Assembly: GCA_044370175.1 (NCBI GenBank)
Contig: JBILVZ010000002.1
Coordinates: 8,759-72,758, forward strand
Length of the DNA: 64,000 bases
Origin: Methylococcaceae bacterium
GTDB lineage: Bacteria; Patescibacteriota; Microgenomatia; UBA1400; PJMF01
Reading direction: 5' to 3'
Under the pieces are notes generated by a model, which was not told where the DNA came from, did not search any database, and worked only from the letters and a program-made list of their open reading frames with translations. A program made the position numbers and the translations under genes. Positions 58,121-64,000 of this stretch are shown piece by piece; positions within the stretch are counted from its first letter, which is position 1, and each line of letters begins with the position of its first letter.

Positions 58121-60292
58121 TTATTGTGGTTGGGCTTGTGCAGTGACAGCCTTTTTGGAAGTTTTCTTTGTTGCGATGGCCTTGCAGTTGGAAGCAGGTT
58201 CAGTACCTGCGATATAGTATTCCTCACTAATTCGAGTGCCTTGAGCCCCCCTAAAGCAGGTGCTGACCTTCACAATGCCTGCTGGGACCGCAAAAGTATG
58301 CGGGTTCGTATCATCGAGTAGTAAGTGCATGATTTTATTCCAGATTGGTGAGGCGCCTGTTACCCCAGATGCGACATAACTCATGGGAGAGCCATCATTA
58401 TTGCCCACCCAGACAGCGGTTAAGCGGTCTTTGGTATAGCCAAACGTCCAGTTATCACGTCGATTGTTTGTAGTGCCAGTTTTCACTGCGACCTCTTGTC
58501 CTGGTATAAACAAGTCAGAAAGTGACCCAAATGCGGGTGTGCGTGCTTTATTGTCTGACAAAATGTTACTAATTAAAAAGGCAATTTTTGGATCGAGAAC
58601 TTTTTTGCCTTCGCAGGCAGTTTGGTACAAAGCACAGGTGTTCTCATATAAACTCTCTCCCTTATAGTTTTTTATCTCCAAGATAGGATTAGTTTTCATT
58701 GATACCCCTTGATTGGCAAATGCACCATAAACGCTAGCCATGTCCACCATCCGTACCTCACCACCACCAAGAGTTAGTGCCAACCCAAAACGTTTGCGAT
58801 CTTGCCAGGTAGTGATACCCATTGCTTCAGCTTTATTAATCATCGCAGAAACTCCCACACTCTCAAGGAGTTTGACTGCAGGAATGTTGTAGGAGGAGGC
58901 AAGTGCTTCTTTGAGGGTGACATTGCCATGAAACTTGCCGTCATAGTTTTTAGGAGCATACGGCTCACTCCCGGGTATCTTAAAAACGACTGGCTGATCT
59001 TGAATAAGTGATGTTACCGTATTGCCACGCTCTAGTGCCATCGCATAGGTAACTGGTTTAATGGAGGAACCAGGTTGCCGTTGTTCAATGGTGACATTGA
59101 CTTGTCCGTCATTGGCAAAATCAAAGTAGTTTTTACTCCCAACCATCGCTAGCACTTCTCCCGTTTGTGGATTAGTGACGATGGCTGCCCCATTGGTGAT
59201 GCGAAAGTGTTGTACTCCTGCAATTTCTTTGGTAACTATGCTTTGCACTTCATTTTGTAACTCTAAATCAAGGGAAGTCCTGATTTCAAGTCCTTGGGTA
59301 AGTAGTTGCTCTTCTCCATATTCTTTGCCCAAAAGTTCTCGCACATACATCACAAAGTGGGGTGCTTGAATTGTAATGGAATCTTGGCGAAATGCTAACT
59401 TTTCTTGGTCAGCGGTATCTGCATCAGCTTGAGAGATGTAGCCGTCTTCGACCATGCGCCTGAGCACCTCCAACTGTCGATTCTTGGCTAGATCGGGATA
59501 GGAACCATACGGAGAGTATACAGAAGGAGCTTGGGGTAAACCTGCCAGCAGTGCTGCTTCTGCAATAGTTAATTTTGCTGATGATTTTCCAAAGTAGCGT
59601 CGCGAGGCTTCTTCGATACCATAGGTAGCACCGCCATACGGGACTTGGTTGAGGTACATACTGAGAATCTCATCTTTGGAGTAGGCACCTTCCACCAACA
59701 CTGCGAGAATCAACTCTTTGACTTTGCGGGTGAATGTTCGCTCAGAGCTCAAGAGACGCATCTTGACGAGCTGTTGGGTGATAGTCGAACCTCCTTGACT
59801 GATGGATCGCCCTTCTTGAAAGTTAGTGAGTGCTGCTCTTGAAATACCGCGAATTGAGAACCCTTGGTGGTTATAAAATTCTTTATCTTCAATAGCGATC
59901 GTGGCGTTAATCAAGTGGGGCGAGATGTACTGAAGGGGGACGATAGTACGATTTTCTTCTTTGTACATTGTGTAGAGCACTTTACCAGTGCGATCAAGAA
60001 TTTTACTTGATACAGCTGGTTGTTGGGTAGTGAGCTCCATGACCGAGGGTAAATCTTTGAAGATTAACTCATGTAAAAAGTAGGTACTCGCAAACAACCC
60101 AATGCTGATCGTTATGGCAATGACTGAGTGGAGGGGAAATAAGCGGAAACTGTAGTAAAACGGCTGGAAGGGTATGCTTACTACTTGGAACAGCCAGTTC
60201 TTTTTGATAGATGCATGACGTGCGAGTTCACTGGTAAATGCCATCTGCTGTTTGCGGTTCCAACGGTAGGCAAGACGCAGCCAGCGGGACAT
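58121..60292 (-). CDS. Class A penicillin-binding protein (PBP1A-type; GT51 transglycosylase + transpeptidase)
   Basis: GT51 motifs (EDKEFYNHQGFS, GGSTITQQLVK), transpeptidase SxxK (PGSSIKP), SxN (SYN) and KTG (KTGTT). Start placed at ATG 60290-60292 (MSRWLRLAYRW...), just before the TM. The ORF stays open to 60592 through AT-rich, Lys-rich sequence that is probably not translated. Confidence 0.85.
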   Translation of the reverse strand: MSRWLRLAYRWNRKQQMAFTSELARHASIKKNWLFQVVSIPFQPFYYSFRLFPLHSVIAITISIGLFASTYFLHELIFKDLPSVMELTTQQPAVSSKILDRTGKVLYTMYKEENRTIVPLQYISPHLINATIAIEDKEFYNHQGFSIRGISRAALTNFQEGRSISQGGSTITQQLVKMRLLSSERTFTRKVKELILAVLVEGAYSKDEILSMYLNQVPYGGATYGIEEASRRYFGKSSAKLTIAEAALLAGLPQAPSVYSPYGSYPDLAKNRQLEVLRRMVEDGYISQADADTADQEKLAFRQDSITIQAPHFVMYVRELLGKEYGEEQLLTQGLEIRTSLDLELQNEVQSIVTKEIAGVQHFRITNGAAIVTNPQTGEVLAMVGSKNYFDFANDGQVNVTIEQRQPGSSIKPVTYAMALERGNTVTSLIQDQPVVFKIPGSEPYAPKNYDGKFHGNVTLKEALASSYNIPAVKLLESVGVSAMINKAEAMGITTWQDRKRFGLALTLGGGEVRMVDMASVYGAFANQGVSMKTNPILEIKNYKGESLYENTCALYQTACEGKKVLDPKIAFLISNILSDNKARTPAFGSLSDLFIPGQEVAVKTGTTNNRRDNWTFGYTKDRLTAVWVGNNDGSPMSYVASGVTGASPIWNKIMHLLLDDTNPHTFAVPAGIVKVSTCFRGAQGTRISEEYYIAGTEPASNCKAIATKKTSKKAVTAQAQPQ

Positions 60293-60381
60293 TGTGTGAT
60301 AGGAGCGCGTAGTTTTTTTGCTAAGGTTTAAAGAAAATATCAATGAGATGCGTTTGCTAGCTTGCTGATAGCTTTTTTGTG

Positions 60382-60405
60382 TCCTAAAATGTAAATATTT
60401 TAGGA
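60382..60405. promoter_or_regulatory. Perfect palindrome TCCTAAAAT-GTAAAT-ATTTTAGGA in the GH18/PBP intergenic region
   Basis: 9-bp arms upstream of the proposed PBP start. About five such palindromes are expected by chance in 64 kb, so this is only suggestive. Confidence 0.25.
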
Positions 60406-60649
60406 TGTTTTGAAAACTACTGGTGACTGCCCACTGGTGAAAACGAATCACTGTAGTAGGAAGCGTAAATGCAACTGAATGAGTATTTTTTTTTGCTACA
60501 AGCCGTCGTTGAGCATAAGAAATTAAATAAGACTTATATAATTTCTTTTTAAGTTGTTGAGAATGGTGTTTTTTCTCTGGTTTAGTCGCCATGGCCGCGA
60601 TGATACCATGAAGCCTATACTAACACAACTGATGTTTGTATAATTTGTA

Positions 60650-61909
60650 TCACAGTTTGCGATTAATTACATCCCACAGTTCGCGTGAATCACCCTCATA
60701 TCCAAGCGCCCAAATAGCAATTCCGCCAATGTCGAGCTGGTTAACATAATCTAGCTTATAAGAAATAGAGCGTGAGTTTTCATAGTAAATGACATATGTT
60801 TTGCCATCTTCTTTGTAAGATAAATAGGGCGAAAGTGCCTCTTCATTCCAGCGTTCTTCAACCTGTAACTCATCTTTTCGCTTCAACAACTCACTCACCC
60901 GAGAGATGCTGGCAGTGCTCCCTGTATCAGGAAATGTGTGTGACTGTGCATCGCGACTCGTAGTTTCCCATTCGTATCCATAGAAGGGAATTCCCAGAAG
61001 CAGTTTGTGACGAGGAACTTGTGCTACGAAACCTTGTACGTGTTGATTAATATCGCTATCCCAGAACTCTTTCCCGCCAAAGAGTGGAGCGATAGGTCCA
61101 GCTTGTGGAGAACTTTGTCTATGAAAGTCGTAGGCCATGATTACGATATAGTCTACGTATGGTTCAATTCCTGGCACATCCCAGAGCCCATTGTTTTTTG
61201 AGGCACCTGCATACATCGCGATAGAAAGATTGACCTTGTCATATCTGGCATTCAGATGTTCCCGTAGTTTTTTCATGAAAGTTGTTAGGTTGTTTCTCAT
61301 CGCTGCGGTAGGGGAGCTTCCCAGTTCAATATCAATGTTGATGCCATTTACAGGATATGCCAAGATGATGTCGTCGAGTGATGTGAGTAGCCGATCTTGA
61401 GCAGCGTCTGATGCCAGAAAGGTACTAATATCATTCCCATTAAACTGCGTTAGTGTAAGCTCCATTGCGCCATTCTGTGCTCGCATTGCGTTTGAGAGTT
61501 CTAAAAATGATTCAGAACTTATACCAGCGTAACCAGGTTCACCACCGCCATCTTCTGTGCGTGTCTGCAAGCTGCCATCCCCCAGAATAGTCAGCGAAAA
61601 ATACGAGAGATGTGTTAATTCGGGCTGAATTGTAGTCTTCTTCATATTCCAGTAGGGGAGGTATCCGTAGACAATTTTTTCACCAGTAGTAACAGTTGGT
61701 GAAACTTGCAAAAAATTAAAGGAAGATAATGGCGTAACTGGTGAGGTCAGTGGCATATCATAAAACCACCAGAGTGTTACAGCGACGGCGAGAATAAAGG
61801 TAAGAAAAACACCAACTGTCCACTTAGCTAGTCGTACGATTCGGGTAAAAGACAGCTGTTGCTGCTTTTTTTCAGGGACAGCAAATGAATGCATAAATGT
61901 TTTTAACAT
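60650..61909 (-). CDS. Glycoside hydrolase family 18 (chitinase-like) membrane-anchored protein
   Basis: N-terminal TM, then a GH18 catalytic motif in NGINIDIELG (DxxDxDxE). 419 aa. Stop 3 nt upstream of the next PBP start region. Confidence 0.7.
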   Translation of the reverse strand: MLKTFMHSFAVPEKKQQQLSFTRIVRLAKWTVGVFLTFILAVAVTLWWFYDMPLTSPVTPLSSFNFLQVSPTVTTGEKIVYGYLPYWNMKKTTIQPELTHLSYFSLTILGDGSLQTRTEDGGGEPGYAGISSESFLELSNAMRAQNGAMELTLTQFNGNDISTFLASDAAQDRLLTSLDDIILAYPVNGINIDIELGSSPTAAMRNNLTTFMKKLREHLNARYDKVNLSIAMYAGASKNNGLWDVPGIEPYVDYIVIMAYDFHRQSSPQAGPIAPLFGGKEFWDSDINQHVQGFVAQVPRHKLLLGIPFYGYEWETTSRDAQSHTFPDTGSTASISRVSELLKRKDELQVEERWNEEALSPYLSYKEDGKTYVIYYENSRSISYKLDYVNQLDIGGIAIWALGYEGDSRELWDVINRKL

Positions 61910-61911
61910 GT

Positions 61912-64000
61912 CTAGGGTGAATCTTCTAGGAAACCCTCTCCAAAGTTGGAGAAGACATCCTCATTTTGTATCACTGTCGACTCATACTGAACTTTGCCTT
62001 CTTGATTGACAGGGCGGTTGCAGTCAAGACAGTACGTGCTAGTCATAGCTGGATCTTGCAAGATAGTTCGCTCTTCAAGTACTAGGCCTTCAACCTGTTC
62101 CCCATATTTGGGTGGTAAGCCAGTGCGCGGATCTATCCATACGTTAGTTTTAACATAGGTGGAAGCAGAAGGTTGGCCTTTTTGCCAAAACAACTCTGCT
62201 GCACCAGCAGTACATTTATTTCCACTGGCTTCTTTGGGAAATCCTGTGGGACAAACAGGTGCTGAGGCAACATCCGGTGGTTTTTCCTGCCACTTCGGTT
62301 CTTTGCCCTGTAAGACATACCGCATGATGTCATTAAATATTGGCGCAGCTCCAGTTACCCCTGAAACAAGCCTACGATTCATAGGCTCACTATCATTATT
62401 TCCCACCCACGTGGCTACTAAATACTCAGGGGTAAAGCCGATAGTCCAGTTATCTTTAACGTCGTTGGTAGTGCCTGTTTTAACGCTAACTACTTGATTA
62501 GGAATGACTAGTTGTGAACGAGGGCCAAAAGCACTGGTGCGGGCAGTATTATCTTGCATGATGTGGCTGACTAGATAAGCAGGTGCTCGATCCATCACAC
62601 GCTCTAACTCGCCTGCAGCAGCGTCTTCATACTCTGTTAAGTACTGGAGATCTTGTTTGCGCTGTTCGATAGCAACCGTGTGGAGGGTCTGTCCTTGATA
62701 ATTTTCAATTTTTAAAATTGGGGTAAGGGGAACTTTGACGCCTTGGTTGGCTAGCGTGGCAAAAGCTTGAGTCATATCCAACATGCGCACTTCACCACCA
62801 CCTAAACTAATGGATAATCCATATTGAGAGGGATCATCCCAACCAGTAATACCTAGTTTTTTGGCGCTCGCAATAAAGTTTTCTAAACCAACAATTTTAA
62901 GTGCTTTAACTGCAGGGATATTGTATGAATTTCCTAGTGATTGGCGGATGGTTACTGAGCCATGGAAACTGCCATCGTAGTTTTTAGGACAGTACGGCTT
63001 TTGTCCTGCGACAGCAAAACAGGTTGAAGCATCAACTAACATCGTTCCTGGATTGAGTACTTTATTTTGAAATGCAGTGGCGTAGACAAGGGGCTTAATA
63101 GAAGAACCTGGCTGGCGTTGGCGTAACGTCACGTTGACTTGCCCATCATGCTCCACATCAAAATAATCTTTTGAACCGATCATACTCAAAATCTCTCCTG
63201 TATCGGGTTTGATGACGAGTGCCGCACCATTACTGACATTGGCTGACTCAAGGTCAGCTACTTCTGCGGAAAGTGAGGCTTGGGCGGCATTGTGTAGCTC
63301 TAAATCGAGAGTAGTGGTGACTCGCAACCCACCCTTTTCCACCATCTCCTCACCATATTCTTGGTAGAGTAAGTCACGCACATAAAACACAAAATGGGGG
63401 GCTTTAATATCAGTTTTGGAAAGCGCAAAACGTAAGACATCACTGGCTGCTTGCTCACGTTCAACTTTGCTAATATATCCATCTTCTTCCATGCGTCGTA
63501 AGACATCAAGTTGTCTGGCTTTGGCTTGTTCTGGGTTTGAGCCAAATGGCGAGTATCGACTCGGGGCTTGTGGTAAACCAGCAAGGAGTGCCGCTTCAGC
63601 TAAGGTCAACTCTTTGGCGTGTTTGCCAAAGTATGCTTTGGCTGCAGACTCAATCCCGACAGAAGTTCCTCCATACGGTATGTAGTTGAGGTACATTTCT
63701 AGAATATCATCTTTTGAGTACATCACTTCTGTAAAAACAGAAAGGAGCGCCTCTTTAATTTTGCGTTGCAGTGAGCGTTCCCTGGTAAGTAGCGCATTTT
63801 TCACCAGCTGCTGCGTAATGGTCGAACCACCCTCAAGACGTTTGCCAGTCAAAGTTGAGCGTGCTGCACGAATAATACCAACAATATCAAAGCCAAAGTG
63901 GCGATAAAAACTTTTGTCTTCAATGGAGATGCTTGCCTGATAGACGTATGGGGGAAGATCTGACAAATTAATGGGTGTGCGATTTTCATCAGCATAGATC
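61912..64000 (-). CDS. Second class A penicillin-binding protein, C-terminal ~690 aa; N-terminus lies beyond the window end
   Basis: EDKSFYRHFGFD, EGGSTITQQLVKN, PGSSIKP, SYN and KTGTT motifs. The reading frame remains open to position 64000. Confidence 0.8.
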   Translation of the reverse strand, partial: IYADENRTPINLSDLPPYVYQASISIEDKSFYRHFGFDIVGIIRAARSTLTGKRLEGGSTITQQLVKNALLTRERSLQRKIKEALLSVFTEVMYSKDDILEMYLNYIPYGGTSVGIESAAKAYFGKHAKELTLAEAALLAGLPQAPSRYSPFGSNPEQAKARQLDVLRRMEEDGYISKVEREQAASDVLRFALSKTDIKAPHFVFYVRDLLYQEYGEEMVEKGGLRVTTTLDLELHNAAQASLSAEVADLESANVSNGAALVIKPDTGEILSMIGSKDYFDVEHDGQVNVTLRQRQPGSSIKPLVYATAFQNKVLNPGTMLVDASTCFAVAGQKPYCPKNYDGSFHGSVTIRQSLGNSYNIPAVKALKIVGLENFIASAKKLGITGWDDPSQYGLSISLGGGEVRMLDMTQAFATLANQGVKVPLTPILKIENYQGQTLHTVAIEQRKQDLQYLTEYEDAAAGELERVMDRAPAYLVSHIMQDNTARTSAFGPRSQLVIPNQVVSVKTGTTNDVKDNWTIGFTPEYLVATWVGNNDSEPMNRRLVSGVTGAAPIFNDIMRYVLQGKEPKWQEKPPDVASAPVCPTGFPKEASGNKCTAGAAELFWQKGQPSASTYVKTNVWIDPRTGLPPKYGEQVEGLVLEERTILQDPAMTSTYCLDCNRPVNQEGKVQYESTVIQNEDVFSNFGEGFLEDSP

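Noticed and set aside
60293-60592. 100-codon N-terminal extension of the PBP1A ORF (open frame to 60592).
   Set aside because: The extension is AT-rich and Lys/Ser/Tyr-rich, precedes the TM anchor, and has no counterpart in class A PBPs. ATG at 60292 immediately precedes the membrane anchor, so the extension is treated as non-coding.
1-64000. Possibility of an alternative genetic code (UGA as Gly, as in some CPR lineages), raised by the in-frame TGA in repeat copy B.
   Set aside because: Long conserved genes (RND pump, ABC exporter, lepA, PBPs, smpB, cmk) terminate at TGA/TAA/TAG exactly where homologues end, and are not interrupted by TGA. The standard code is consistent.
1-64000. Search for tRNA, rRNA, tmRNA, RNase P RNA or CRISPR repeats.
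   Set aside because: No cloverleaf-type GTTCGAATCC-like T-arms, no rRNA-conserved blocks, and no regularly spaced direct repeats were seen in the intergenic regions. A tmRNA gene is not adjacent to smpB in this window. Absence by eye is not definitive; tRNAscan-SE, Infernal and a CRISPR finder should confirm.

Overview
The window is a gene-dense, roughly 42% GC bacterial chromosome segment. It is mostly housekeeping and envelope genes. There are two clearly accessory stretches: about 32.3-39.8 kb and the IS at about 41.65-42.8 kb. No rRNA, tRNA or CRISPR array was recognised by eye. The standard genetic code appears to be in use, because long ORFs are intact with TAA/TAG/TGA stops.

Core genes recognised from protein motifs: a partial glucose-6-phosphate dehydrogenase (zwf); an RND pump with its membrane-fusion adaptor; umuD-umuC with a candidate operator; hflX; an OmpR-type two-component pair; HxlR with an FMN reductase; truB; PAP2 and DgkA; an MsbA-like ABC exporter; an MFS transporter; a metal-homeostasis-like cluster (DUF305, NUDIX, YbjQ, Fur, GNAT); a histidine phosphatase; peptidase E; a MurJ-PilN-PilO block followed by a sortase-signal surface protein; rpsT; lepA; smpB; cmk; and two class-A PBPs flanking a GH18 protein.

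The most interesting material:
- A 7.4-kb segment bracketed by a pair of ~70-bp imperfect direct repeats (~79% identity, substitutions mostly synonymous in one minus-strand frame). It carries a single-HKD PLD-like nuclease, an XRE regulator, a catalytically degenerate serine-recombinase-like protein, an R-x4-H (HEPN/Abi-like) protein and a 1138-aa FN3-rich surface protein. This looks like a decayed integrative/defence island.
- An IS1-family-like element with near-perfect 22-bp terminal inverted repeats, whose zinc-finger N-terminus is out of frame with the DDE domain at an A7 run.
- An uncharacterised, compositionally distinct two-gene module at 24975-26662.
- A 714-aa protein combining an unknown N-terminal half with a PLP aminotransferase-like C-terminal half.
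- A ~290-nt structured leader behind a consensus promoter upstream of lepA.

The host lineage is uncertain. The absence of outer-membrane pump parts and the presence of a sortase-like sorting signal suggest a monoderm or CPR-like organism. All calls rest on reading the translations and the sequence by eye; no searches were run.
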